Below, piece after piece: positions 13,310 through 25,149 of a stretch of DNA of 64,000 nucleotides. Under the pieces are notes generated by a model that was not told the origin of the DNA, ran no database searches, and saw nothing but the letters and a program-made list of their open reading frames with translations. The position numbers and the translations under genes were made by a program. Numbering within the stretch: the first letter of the stretch is position 1; every line of letters begins with the position of its first letter. This DNA is from Lama glama. Its lineage: Eukaryota. The stretch spans positions 5,766,001 to 5,830,000 of the forward strand of contig CM052849.1 of assembly GCA_028534125.1 (NCBI GenBank). Reading direction: 5' to 3'.

Positions 13310-13500
13310 TTGTCACTGGCCAATGTAGCTAATAAATTTAAACTTAAATAAATTTTAATTTAATTCAGTTTAATTTAAAATTAATGTTCTTTAGCCACAC
13401 TAGCTGCATTTCAAGTCCTCAATGGTCATATGTGGCCACTGGTTCCAAATCAGACAGTACACCTGGAGAAGATTTCCACTGTTGCAGAAAGTTCTACAGA
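13310..13500. mobile_element. MER3/MER33-like hAT remnant
   Basis: AT-rich core plus agccacactagctgcatttcaagtcctcaat...ttgcagaaagttct. Confidence 0.6.
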
Positions 13501-13731
13501 AAGGCAGTGAGCGGGCTCTGTGGGAATGGCACCCCCTACATTTGAGCAGTGCACAACCAGCGTAACCTTACACTGCCATCCTGCACACGCCCCAGCATCT
13601 CAGACCCAAGGAAGGCACATCGGTACAGTCAGAGCCTGGGAAGATAGGACCTAGGACATCAAAAAGTCCCAGCACCCCTTTCTACATCCCTTCCTGTCTC
13701 TTCCACCGTGACTCCAATCCCCCTGGACTCA

Positions 13732-13851
<120 letters not shown>

Positions 13852-14506
13852 CTATACCGGAGAGAGAAGATAGAGACCCGCATTGGAGTCCCGTGGGGGT
13901 GGCGTGAGGGGCTAGGGGCTCACCCCAGGACTCAAGGTGGGGCAGACCAGGTAAAGCAGGGATTGCAAACTGATGCCTTCAGGGGCCAGGCAGGTAAGGA
14001 GGGTGAGGGCTGAGAACTGAAGGGCACAGACCCTGTGGAAGCTGCTGGCTTCTGCGTAGCGACACCTACTGTTGCCGCGTGGTAATGCGGCCATCTGTCC
14101 GATTTCCCAAGACAATCCCTGTATCTGGGCTTTTCTGTGTTTTCAAAGGCTGATGACAAATTCAAAGGTTGTCATTTTGTTTTGTTTTTTAAACACAGAG
14201 GAAGTCAAAGAAATCATGACCAAAGACATGTGCAATTACCAGTTGGCTATCTCTGCCAGATAGTGTAACAGTTTCATTTGGGGACCAAAAAACCCAAGTT
14301 CAAATCAAGATCCCTGTGTGTGACCTTGGGCAAGACCTTTTCCCTCTCTGAGTCTTGACTGCATCCTCTGTGAAATGGGACCTCATTATCACCACCCCCC
14401 AGGGGTGAGGTGGAGATTCAGTGAAGGCGGGGACGGGGGTCCTCTGGACCTGGGTTTGACCCGCACTGCTCCCACTTCCCAGACCTCCCCCCATGCCTCT
14501 TCCTAC

Positions 14507-14545
14507 CTTCCAGTGTCCTGCTGACTTGGTGCATTGCAGACTCAT
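14507..14545 (-). CDS. CRYBA4: Beta-crystallin A4, first coding exon (exon 2; MSLQCTKSAGHWK)
   Basis: ATG at 14545. Exon acceptor tgtag|gaagc starts the exon at 14557. Donor AAG|gtagga after 14507. The peptide matches the betaA4 N-terminus. Confidence 0.96.
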
Positions 14546-15157
14546 GTTGCTTGCTTCCTACACCAGAGAAGAAGGTGATAAGCTTCCGCCCTGCCTCTGC
14601 CCCATCCTTGATCCTGAAGTCCAATTTGGGCAGTGTCTAGATCCAGATGGGGTCCAGATGTGCCCGGGTTGGGGGCAAAGTGCAGTTTTGGCCTGTCCCT
14701 CTCCTACCCTTTCCATCTGTGACCATCTCCTTTTCTTCCATCTTGTCCCCACCTCAAAACGTTCCCAGGCTGTGTCCCACTCCTCTAAGCCCTGCTCTGT
14801 ATTCATTCATCTGTTCATTATGGGGAGTTTTCTGTGGCTGCCGGTGGGTGGATGTGTCACCCCCTGGGAAACACCAAGGTGCTCAGCTTAAGAGTCTCCC
14901 AAAGACACACCTGACCCAAAATATGACTCCGATAGTGGAAGCTGAGGCAATAGGATTGCAGGAATAATTCTGGTTTGAAACTAGGGTAGCAGGTACCACT
15001 CTGGATGCCTGGAGCCTGCCTTGGTTAGGATAGGGTGACATTCCGGAGGACACAGTGATGTCCCCAGGATTGGGGGGTACCTCCCAGGATGCTCCCTGCC
15101 TCCCAGGACGCTCACCCAGAGCTCAGATCCCACCCCTTCTCCAAGCCTGGGACTTAC

Positions 15158-15187
15158 CGAGACGGACCCAGAGAACATGCCAGACCT
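15158..15187 (-). other. CRYBA4: CRYBA4 exon 1 (short 5' exon; 5' end approximate)
   Basis: Donor TCG|gtaagt after 15158; lies about 25-30 nt downstream of the TATA box. Confidence 0.8.
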
Positions 15188-15208
15188 GAGACCAGCCGAG
15201 GTCAGGCT

Positions 15209-15262
15209 CTTATAGGCAGGGCAGAGAGAGGGCCCCTGGGGGACAGAGCCCTGACTCAGCAA
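15209..15262 (-). promoter_or_regulatory. CRYBA4: CRYBA4 core promoter: TATAA (15214-15210) and Maf-recognition element TGCTGAGTCA (15261-15252)
   Basis: Both motifs are read directly. c-Maf is an established crystallin activator. Confidence 0.75.
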
Positions 15263-16512
15263 GTGAGCGACAGGAACAAAAGCCAGCTCTGGCCGGAGCG
15301 CCAGTGGAGAGGTGTCAGCAGCATTGGCTTTGGCTGGGAGGCAGAGGTCAGCTTGCCCCCATCAGGAACCATCCACGAAGAAGGTAGCAGGAGGAAGGTC
15401 CACCTTCACCAGCTCCACGGAACTCCTGACTAGAACAGGAGAACGAGCAGCAGAGTTCACAACCTCATCCCTCCTGCTTGTATGACTTGGGGCAGGTCAT
15501 TTCCCCTGTTTCTGTCTGTAAAATGGGACAAGAATGAAGTACATCACAGGGCTGTTGTGAGGTGAAGTAACATGCCTGGCAGAGAGTAAACATTCAACCA
15601 ATGCCTCTACATTTCTCTCTCCCAGGTCCCTTCCTCTACCAGTGGGGGCAATCTGGGTAGACTTCGTGGTGGAGGTGGCATTTCAACTAGGCTCTGAAGA
15701 GTGAGGCGGATTTGTACAAAGTGAGGTGGAAGGACATGCTCTGGCTAGACAAAAGTGCAGAGGTGAGAACTTGGGACTGAGGGATGAGAAAGAGCTGGTG
15801 GCCTGATAGGAGATCCTAATGGAGAGCAGACGGAGACAGGTGGGAAAGGTGGCTGAATCAGAGCCTCCGGGGCCCACAAAGCTCAGAGAGGAGTCCAGAT
15901 GGCTCTGTGGGCAGAGTAAAGGAGCTGGTGGGTGTGGACATGCTTTGCAAACTGTAGTGCACCTGCCGGATATCCAGGGTTTGTAGAATGTGCTTTGTGA
16001 GCCCTCTCCCTTACACTCCCGCCCTCTGAGTTGGCCTAAGAGGGGCCTCTCACAGCATAGGAAAGAGCAATGCTGGAAACCAGATTGCTTTGGGTGACCT
16101 GGGGAGTGTCTGATGCCAGTTCATGACCTGTGAAAGAGCAATATTTGTTCCCTCCTGAGAAGGTTAAATGCAGCTCTATCAAATCTTAACTTTGATAAAA
16201 GTTTGCCTTGGAGATTGAAGGCTAAGAATGCAGTCTCTGTAGCCAGACCGCCTGGGTTTGCATTCCACTCCTGCTGGCTGGGTCATCTTGAGCATGTTAA
16301 TCTCTCTGAGCCTCAGTTTCCTCATGTGTACAATGGGTATAACATGGTAAACTGGGTTTAGCCTAAGAGACAGAAGCGGTGTGATCTTAAGTGTGAATTA
16401 CACATGAATAGCATTTGCTGTCCCGGAACTGCTCCTGGAAGATAAGATTCATAATGTGTCTCCATCATCATTGTCGTCACCATTGCTAATAAAAAAAAAA
16501 AAGATTACCATT

Positions 16513-17136
16513 GATGTATCTGCACCCTCACGTTTATTGCAGCATTATTAACAATAGCCAAGGTATAAAAATAACCTACTTGTCCGTCAGTGGCTGAATG
16601 GATAAAGAAGATGTGGTATATGTGCACAATGGAATACTATTCAGCCACGAGAAAGGGGGAAATCCTGCCATTTTCGACAACGAGGATGGACCTTGAGGGC
16701 ATTATGCTAAGTGAAAGAAGTCAAACAGAGAAAGACAAATACCAGATGATCTCACTTACTTATCGAATCTTTAAAAGACACACTCAGAGAAGTGGAGAGT
16801 ACAATGGTGTGGCTGCCAGGAGTCAGGGGCCGCAGGGCACAGGGAGATCTTGCTCAAAGGGCAAAAACTCCCAGTTATAAGATGAACGAGCTTGAGGATC
16901 TAATGAACACAGCATGGGGATTGTAGCTGATAATACTGTCCATTTGCACGTTGCTAAGGGAATACGTCTTACATGTTCTCACCACACACACACACAAAAA
17001 CCCAAAAACCAATGTTAACTCTGTGACCAGATGGAGGTGACAATCATTTCGCAATTTATAAATGTAGCCAATCAACATGCACCCCACCTTGCACTTACAC
17101 AGTGGTGTGTCCGTTACATTTCAATGAAGCTGGGAA
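16513..17136 (+). mobile_element. 5'-truncated L1 (L1MA-like 3' end) in the CRYBA4/CRYBB1 spacer
   Basis: ORF 16590 (WIKKMWY...MEYYSA...MDLEGIMLSE) is the L1 ORF2 C-terminus; TSD-like gattac(c/t)att at 16503 and 17141. Confidence 0.9.
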
Positions 17137-18959
17137 AAATGATTACTATTAAATAATTGTTTGTGTAACAGCAGGAGCGTGTAGTTTTCCAAGAGCTTGG
17201 TTTCAGGAGCTAAAAAGATGTGACTCCCAATTCCGTTTTACAGATGAGGAAACAGACTAAGGAGGGGGGAAGGGATTTGCCTCGGCTTCCTCATCTGCAA
17301 ATAGGACTAATCCTCGAGCCCTCACCCTCCTGGTGAGGATCACAGGAGCCAAGTCAGTCAAATGCTCAGAGTGGAGCCACCCAGCATGGGGTGGGGGGAC
17401 AACACCCTTTACCTCTGCCCCCACCATTTGGCTGGTGGCCCATTGCCCTGGGGACATGGAACTGCCCCAGACATCTTGGCCTTGAATCCCAGACCTGTGG
17501 GTGGCCTCACACCACAGGCATCTTGGCCCTCGCTCCAGCAGTTGCCTGGCCCTGTGGGTTCTGGCCCCCTCCCGGGCCTTGGCCCAGGATGAAAGTCTGG
17601 AGAGGGGGCCTGGGAAGGGGGAGGTGCGAAGTGGGGGTGCAAGGGCAGAGCTGGCTCCAGGCCACAGCGATCTCAAGGCGGAGCTGGTCTCCATGTGGAG
17701 TCTGGGTCCCTGAACCCATAGAAGAAGTAAGAATTTCCTATGCAGAATCCCCCTCTCCCCTGACCTGCAACCTGCAGGCTGGCCTGGCTCAGCAGCGCCC
17801 CTGGGTCCCCCGAGCCCTGGCTCTACTGTGAGTTCACACTGTGTGGCTTTTCCACTTGTGAAATGAGGGGATTGGATGATGTGATTTTTGACATGGGCTC
17901 CATTGTTCTGATTCTATTGCTCTGTTTGACGTCTGTCTCTGTCTGTCCATCTGTCTCCCTGTCACAGTCTGTCTCCCCTTCCACCCCTCTGTAATTCTGT
18001 CTCCATCATCTGTTTCTCTGCGGCTCTCCACTTCTCCCAATCAGCCTCCCTATTTCTCTCTCCCTATCTGGTTTCCCCAGCTCCTCCGCACACTGTTTTC
18101 CATTATGATCCCCTTGGTGTGACCATTTTCCCTGAAATTGGTTAAGAGCGCATCCTGTGTCAGGCTCCATGCAGGGTGCTGGAGCCCAGTGGTAATGAGA
18201 AGAGCTGGGGCTGGGGGCTTCTCAGAAGCAGCCCCAAGGCAGGCAGTCATGTTCCTGGCCACCAGCTCCATCCCTGGGGTCAGATTGTGGGGGGGTGGGG
18301 GGGTGGGGGGGTGGGGGGCAGTCTCCAGGCTGGTCAGGAAGGAGTGTATGTATTGGGAGGGGAGGAGGGATGGGGGCCCAGTGTGGGCACAGGAACAGGA
18401 CCCAGGCCTTGAATGTTCAACTCACCTGGGCACAGGGGTACCCTGCCATCCCTCCCCTAGACCTAGAAGCAGGAAGTCAGGCGAGGCCCAAGGTCCGACA
18501 GCCCAAGAGTGAAACATACGGGCCCTGAGCCAGCCTGCCTGGGCCGGTCCTTGCCCTGGCCTCTCTGTGCCCTAGTTTTGCTCATCTGCTAAATGGGTGT
18601 AATGAAAGTACCGGTAAAGTGGGTTGTCCTGGAATTGACCCAGGTAGCACAGGTAATGCATTTGGTGCCCCCCTTGGTCACCTTTTTTCCCTCTGCAGCA
18701 CCCAACAGGGACACTTACGCCGCCTGTAACTGCAGACACAGAGGCCCCTTGGTGCAGAGACTTGGCGAAAGTCACACAGCACAGAGTGGCTGAGTCTGGA
18801 TTCAAACCCAGATCTCCTACCTTCTGGGGGTTTCTCTGTTCCCTGCCCCAGGACTGGCACCCAGCGGGGACCCCGTGGGCCCATCCCCGGGCTGGGGTAG
18901 GGCCAGGCAGAGGCAAGGCGAGGTGGCTGCTGGCCAGCGTTTCTGCTGTGCGTGCTGGG

Positions 18960-19102
18960 TTCACAATGGAAAATGCTGCTCTCCGCAGTCACCAGGCAAG
19001 GTTGGGGCTCAGGGTGGCCCCCACTCCCTGCCCGGGACCTGCTGAGCCAGCTCCCCCTTTGTGCCCCAGACCACAGAGTCTAGTGTCTGCCAGACTATAA
19101 AA
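18960..19102 (+). promoter_or_regulatory. CRYBB1: CRYBB1 core promoter: TATAAAA (19096-19102), MARE-like TGCTGAGCCAGCT (19040-19052), Sox-like ACAATG and CTTTGT
   Basis: Motifs are read directly, upstream of exon 1. Confidence 0.75.
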
Positions 19103-19124
19103 TGGGGGGTCGGCCCCTCGTCCC

Positions 19125-19181
19125 CCACTGCACCAGCCTGCCTGCCTGCCTGTCCTCCAGTGGGAAGTAGCGGGTCCCCAG
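19125..19181 (+). other. CRYBB1: CRYBB1 non-coding exon 1 (5' end approximate)
   Basis: Donor CAG|gtaaga after 19181, downstream of the TATA box. Confidence 0.8.
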
Positions 19182-19218
19182 GTAAGAGGGGACCCACTGC
19201 CGCTGCTAAGCGCCCAAG

Positions 19219-19610
19219 GGGAGGGGAGAGGAGGGGGAGGCAGAGACATCAGAGACAGGAGAGAGTCAGAGAGATGGGGTCATCAGGAGAAAGGCAGAGA
19301 GAAAGGGAGAAAGCTAAGGAAAGATAAAAATAGGCAGAGAGAGGATAGAGGGGAGAGAGGAATAGAAAGAGATAAAAGATAAAACAGTGACAAAGAACAG
19401 ATAGAGAGGGAGATGCAGAGATGCAGAGAGGGAAACACTGGAGGAGAGAGAAACAGAAAGAGACAGAAGAGTAGGTACAGAGAGAAGCGAAGACAGAAAT
19501 AAGCAGAAAGGCAGAGAGAGGGAGGAGAAGAGGGAGGGCAGGGAGGGGGAGGGAGGGGGAGGAGAAAGATGGGGGCGGGGGGGGGAGGGAGAATTGAAGG
19601 AATGAACACA
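19219..19610 (+). repeat. GA-rich low-complexity tract at the start of CRYBB1 intron 1
   Basis: About 390 nt, overwhelmingly purine. Confidence 0.9.
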
Positions 19611-20934
19611 GCTCCAGGAAGGAACCCAACTACCAGCCCAGGGAATGTTGACTCACAGACTGACTTGGGGGCAGGAGTGGGGGTTAAGCAAAAGCCTGGA
19701 AGCCACACATGTGGCCCAGATGTCCTGCCTGCCCACAGGGGACAGAGCCCCCCCAGAGGAACAACAGTCTTTCTCAGGGGAGGCACCAGGAGGGATCTGC
19801 TTACCCCAACTAGCTCTTTCTTATAGAAAGTGTTCAGAAATCCTCTGCCAAAAGGTCTTGATCTGCCCTGTCAAATCTGCCCTGGAGTCCCTGGAAATTG
19901 TCTCCAAAATTAAAGGGGACATTTTTTTCCCAAGGGACAAGGACGAGGCGTTCTTCAAACATTCAAAGACATCCACAACCCCAAAGTAACAAGGAACCAC
20001 TGGAATTGACCAAAGCCCTCTCCACCCAACGCCTACACAGCCACAGCCTTCATTTCAGAACCTAACATGCACCAAACACGCCCTCCTGGGTCCTCCTTTA
20101 CCCCCCAGTCCCAGGCCCGGATCTGCACCCGCACACCCGTTCCCAGACAGGGCCAGAGGCAGCTGTTTGTCTGGGAAAGGAGAGAGGACCAGGCATCCGG
20201 TCAGTCTCTGAACGGATGTTAACTGAGCATCTCCTACGTACCAGGTGCTGAGCCAGGCACTGGGGATGGAAGGATGAATAAATGGGAATAAGGATGGCAG
20301 AGCAAACCCAATTGCTGGGTTTGTCTGCTTGAGTCACAATTGGAGTTGTACCACTTAGTAGCTGGTACTAGTAAGTGCTAAGTCCACGTAGGAGCTGTGT
20401 GGGCTTGGGCAGGTCACCTCCCCTCTCTGAGCCTCAGATTGTTCAGAGGGGATAAGATAGCACCTAAGGCATGGAGTTCCAGTGAGGCACAGACAGATTC
20501 ATTAACAAATGTAACAGAGCCTGCATCCTGTAAGCAGTCCCAAATGGGACTTCTTGTTACTAATCTGCTGAGGCAAATCTGAAGTTGCCCAAGCCAAGAG
20601 GCATGGAAAGTGACTCCAAAGGGCAGTGGAACGACACAGCAGGGGAAGAGTGGGTTAGAAGGGAGGACTGGCTGGTGGAGCTCCGGCAGGGTCAGAAGCC
20701 TGGAGGAAGGCATACCAGGGATGAGTGATCCCCAGACAGGAAATCCTTGACTGGAGAGAGATCGGGATAGAAAACTTCAAGGCTGATGTTTTAGAAGGAG
20801 AAAGAGGATATGAATTCAAAGAAGCCTGAAAGCGCAGGGTGATGGGGGATGCGAGTCGGGACGCAGCTTGGGGGTACCATTGCGGAATGAACCCAGGCCG
20901 AGGGCTTCTTTACAGACCTTTGCAGGTGGGAACC

Positions 20935-21105
20935 ATGTCTCAGCCTGCGGCCAAGGCCTCGACCACCGGGGCGGTGAACCCTGGGCCTGATGGGAAGGGG
21001 AAGGGGGCCCCGCCCCCAGGATCAGCCCCAGGGTCCGGCCCCGCCCCGCCCCCAGCCCAGCCCGTGCCGGCTGCTAAGGGAGAAGTGCCTCCTGGGATCT
21101 ACAAG
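20935..21105 (+). CDS. CRYBB1: Beta-crystallin B1 exon 2, Pro/Ala-rich N-terminal arm (MSQPAAKAS...VPPGIYK, 57 aa)
   Basis: ggaaccATG Kozak context; donor AAG|gtgagg; peptide is visible in ORF 20839..21270. Confidence 0.96.
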
Positions 21106-21754
21106 GTGAGGCTGGGGGTGGGTGGTTGGTCTTCCTCCCCTCTCCTCCCCCTCCCCCCTGATTCCTTTCCACTCCCTTGCCCTCCCCCTCCTTCTCTCCC
21201 CTCCCCCTCACCCCCTGCCTACCCCCAACTCCTCCTCTTTCCCCTCTACCGGCTTGCACCTGCTTATTAGAGTTTGTCGAAAGCAAAAAACAGAAAGAAA
21301 GAAAGTGGGCTGGCTTAGCAGCAGGAAACGCCTGCTGTCCCAGGAGGGCAGAAACGCGGCCTCAGACTCTCCTGAAAAGTGTTCCAAGCCGTCGGTCAGG
21401 ACTCCTGGAGAGCAAGGCGTCCAGTCCCCTGGGACTGGGCTGGGCTGGGTTTCAACCTTAGGTGCACAGAATTGGCTCACTTCACCACCCTTGGTTCATG
21501 ACACGCTCGCCTGCGGTCCACGCGTGGCTGGCTTTTGTTTATGTAGTCGCTTATTGAATGGCTGATTTCAATTTAATTTTTAATACCGCAGCACAAGCCT
21601 GCAATCCACCACCCATTTTAAACATTCTCTAACTCCAGAGTGTCCCGTGTGAGTCCACATCCCTTGTCCTCTACTCCAGGAACGGCCATCCTGACCCCAC
21701 CCATCATCTGGTTGCTTGCTTGCTTTTTTATGTACTTCTTTGCATTGGTTACTT

Positions 21755-21803
21755 AAAAAAAAAAAAAATATATATATATATATATAAAAATATATATATA
21801 TAT
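21755..21803 (+). repeat. (A)n(TA)n microsatellite
   Basis: Read directly. Confidence 0.95.
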
Positions 21804-22867
21804 TTGTGTTTTATTTGTTTTTAACATCCTGAAATATACTGTAGGTAATCGTTCTGGGTTTTTTGTTTTTCTTTTATGAGATTTCTAATAGTCACTCATA
21901 TGATTGTGCCTTGCTGTGTCATTCATATTGGGTCATTCATATTGGTTGCTGTGTGATATTTTAGAGTGTGACCGGCGCTCCTGACAATCAGTTTGGATGG
22001 GTGCTAGCTTTGCTGTCATGAGTGGCCTGGCCAGGGCTTTTTTTATCCGTGTCTCCTGGGGCACACCTGCAGGAGTTTCTCGTGGAAGTACTGTGTCAAA
22101 GTATGTGGGCCTCTGCCTTTTACAGCTGGGGAAACTGAGTAAGAGAGGGAACACACTTGCCTTGGTTAAAATGAATGGCAGAGTTTTCCCAACTTGGGAA
22201 AACGAGTGAATAAAAATCAAAAATTTGATGGTTAGTGAAGAGGAAGGGATTGGCTCTATGGTTTGGTGGGTAGACTGGCAAGTGTTTGCTGAGCATCAGC
22301 TCTGGGGCAGGGCCTGGGGCTTGGAGATACAGGAATGGATCCACCCATCGGTCTTTGGCGGGGTTGAGTGGAAGCGGAGAGAGGTACACAGAGAGAGACC
22401 CAGAAGCAAAGCAGCAGTGACTGTGTGGTGTGTTACTTGTGCTGCTGATGGGGTGAGCACAGTGGGGGAGGGAGTACTGAACCAAGCCCACCCAGGGAGG
22501 GGTTATCAGGGAGGGATTCCTGGAGGAGGTGGTCTTAGCCTAGAAGAGGACAGGGAACATGAGCTCCGGCATGGGGTTGTGTGGTGGAAAGGGGCATTCC
22601 AGGCAGGAAGAACAGCACAGATAAAGGCCTGGAAGGAAGACCCATCAGTTCCTAATGATGGTGCAGATAAGAAGTTCAGAAGTGGATGGAAGGCAGGACA
22701 GGATTGTTTCACAGACCTTGGCTCGTGGCAAGCTCTCATGTGATCTGGGCATGGCCTGCTTTTATTTATTTGGGTACTTAATGCATATTTGATCTGGAGC
22801 CTCTCCACGTTGGAGTTACTCCCCCCTCATTCTGCCCCCTGGGCATGGGGGTGCTTCTCTCCTGCAG

Positions 22868-22986
22868 CTGGTGGTCTTTGAGCAGGAGAACTTCCAGGGC
22901 CGGCGGGTGGAATTCTCCGGGGAGTGCTTGAACCTGGGAGACCGTGGCTTCGACCGAGTGCGCAGCCTCATTGTCGTCTCGGGACC
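22868..22986 (+). CDS. CRYBB1: CRYBB1 exon 3 ([40 protein letters not shown])
   Basis: 119 nt; ctgcag| and |gtgagt. Confidence 0.97.
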
Positions 22987-23111
22987 GTGAGTGTTGGGCG
23001 GCCGAGGGGCAGTCCTACGGCCGTAGTAAATAATAATAACAGAACAACAGTAGTTGCCACTTACTGGCCACTGCTTCACTCCGAGCCTGCCACCGTGCTG
23101 GCGGAGACACA

Positions 23112-23263
23112 CAGTCGTCCCTTGGTATCCGTGGTGGACTGGTACCGGGACTCCTACCGGATAACGAAATCTGCGGATGCTCAAGTCCCTTACGTAAGAT
23201 GGTGCAGTACAGTCGGAACTTGGTATCCACAAATGCAGAACCCGCGGATACTGAGGCCAACTG
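23112..23263 (+). mobile_element. MER2/Tigger-type MITE inserted in a MIR (CRYBB1 intron 3)
   Basis: TIRs cagtcgtcccttggtatccg ... cggatactgaggccaactg followed by TA; internal gatgctcaagtccctta. Confidence 0.8.
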
Positions 23264-23529
23264 TATATTATTTCTGGTACTTATTTCAAACCTAAGAGGG
23301 AGGAAAGGGAGGTATTATTCTCCTTCTCATTTTACAGGTGAGGAAACTGAGGCTCAGATAGGTGCTTTGATTAGCATAAGGACGCACTGACAGTAAGTCA
23401 TGATTCTAAGCCCCAGGGAAATGCCATTTCTGCTGTAGGAGGAATCCTGCCCTTCACCAGTGGCAGGAGGACGCCGAAGAGCCAGGTGTCCATTAGCTGT
23501 CCCCTCTCCCGGGCATCAGGCAGCTTAAA

Positions 23530-23735
23530 GGGTAATAGTGAGCATCTGTTGAGTACACACGAGGTGCCAGGCACTGACTGAGGGCTGTATCTAGGTGATC
23601 CTAAAGTGCTGTGTGAGGGAGGGGCGATTCTTATTCCCATTTGACAGATGGGGAAACTGAGGCTCAGAGGGGTTAAGTCCCTTGGCCAGAGTCACCTAGT
23701 GGTAAGTGGCAGAGCCTGGTTTCAACTCAGCTTGA
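23530..23735. mobile_element. MIR SINE (representative of dozens of copies across the window)
   Basis: Core cccatttgacagatggggaaactgaggctcagagg; recurs at about 1980, 29850, 35050, 44570, 46320, 56600 and 59540. Confidence 0.85.
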
Positions 23736-25149
23736 TCAGTTTCATCCACAGCACTTTTATTACCATGCTCGCTCCACAGCCTGCCCCTGACCCTCTGGGC
23801 TTCTCTGGGCTTCTCTGGGCCTTACCACCATACAAAGCAAGAATAATTGTCCCTTGGACATTGTGACTGCACCGTCTTCAGCCCCTGTGGACTAAGCTCA
23901 AGGCACAGGGCCAGCCCCAGGACAAGACCCCCAGGGCCCCTTTGCCCCTTGTCCTTCCAGTACAAAAGCCCCCAAGAGATGTGATCAGCCTGTATGCCCA
24001 ACATCCCGGGGCTCTGGGCAGTACAAAGAGCAGAGATGGGCTTTGAGGTCAGACAGGTCTGGCTTTGAATCCCAACTCTCTCGTTTGCCTTATTCAGCGC
24101 CTGAGCCTCAGTTTCCTCATCTCTGAAATGGGCAGAGTAGTAGTCCCTACTACCCTCTGCTGGATTATGCTAAGGTCTGAAGGAGATAATGCAACATGGA
24201 CCTGGCACTTTGTGGGTGCCCAGACATGGCAGGTGGCAGTGATGATTATTTACTTTCCTCGTTGCCCTGTGGTTTTAGCTAAGTCACCCTGGGCCAAGGT
24301 AGGCTCGGAAGCGCAGCCCCACCCTCAGATTTAAAGCCCAGCTGGGAACAGAAGCTACCGGATGTGGCCAGTTTGGGTTTTCAGGCTTTTTTTGGTGTCA
24401 GTGACTCAAACCCAGAGTACTGCTCCTCAAACAAAGATGCAGCTGGTCTTTGGTGTGTGCTCCGGGGCTGCGCCCAATGGGGAGAGAGAAGAGCCTGTGG
24501 TCCAGGGCCCTGGGTCTTTGCCAGGGTTGAAAAAAAGATGGAGGGGATGAGGTGGGCAGGGGGAAGGGAGGAGAGGTGTGTGCCCTCACACAAGCAGCGA
24601 GGGGAAGGGGAGGCTTCAACTGACACCTGACACCATCATGTGACTTTAGACCAGCGACTTAACCCCTCTGAGCCTGAGTTCCCATATCTGAAACTTAAGA
24701 TTCCTTCCCTACCTCTCTCCTTGCTGCTAAGACTCAAATGAGCCATAGGAGATGAGAAAAGGCACAAAAATAAAGACTGACAATCCCTCATTCAGATAAC
24801 AGGGCCTCAGTGGGCAATGTGACTCCTGAGTCAGACCGTTTTGGAGGAGGGTGGCAGGGTGGCAAGAACACATCAGTGTCTGTCTTTCCATAGGCAGAGC
24901 CCTCCGGCTGCTTCCCTCCCTCTTTAATCATAAAATATATTACTCATTGTGCTTTCTCCTTTAGACCCTCATAACCTCCTGATGAGGTAGATGCAATCAT
25001 TTCTTCTCCTTTACTGAGGCTTGACAAGCTTAAGTGACTTGCCCAAAGTCACACAGAAAATAAATGATAAACTGAGATTAGAACTCAGGTCTATTTCCAA
25101 AGTCTATGCTCTTAACTCCTACGTGGTGCCGTCTTCCAAGTCTCCCTTC

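Noticed and set aside
20839-20934. Apparent 32-aa N-terminal extension of CRYBB1
   Set aside because: The upstream starts lie in intron 1, 5' of the splice acceptor, unlike the CRYBA4 case.
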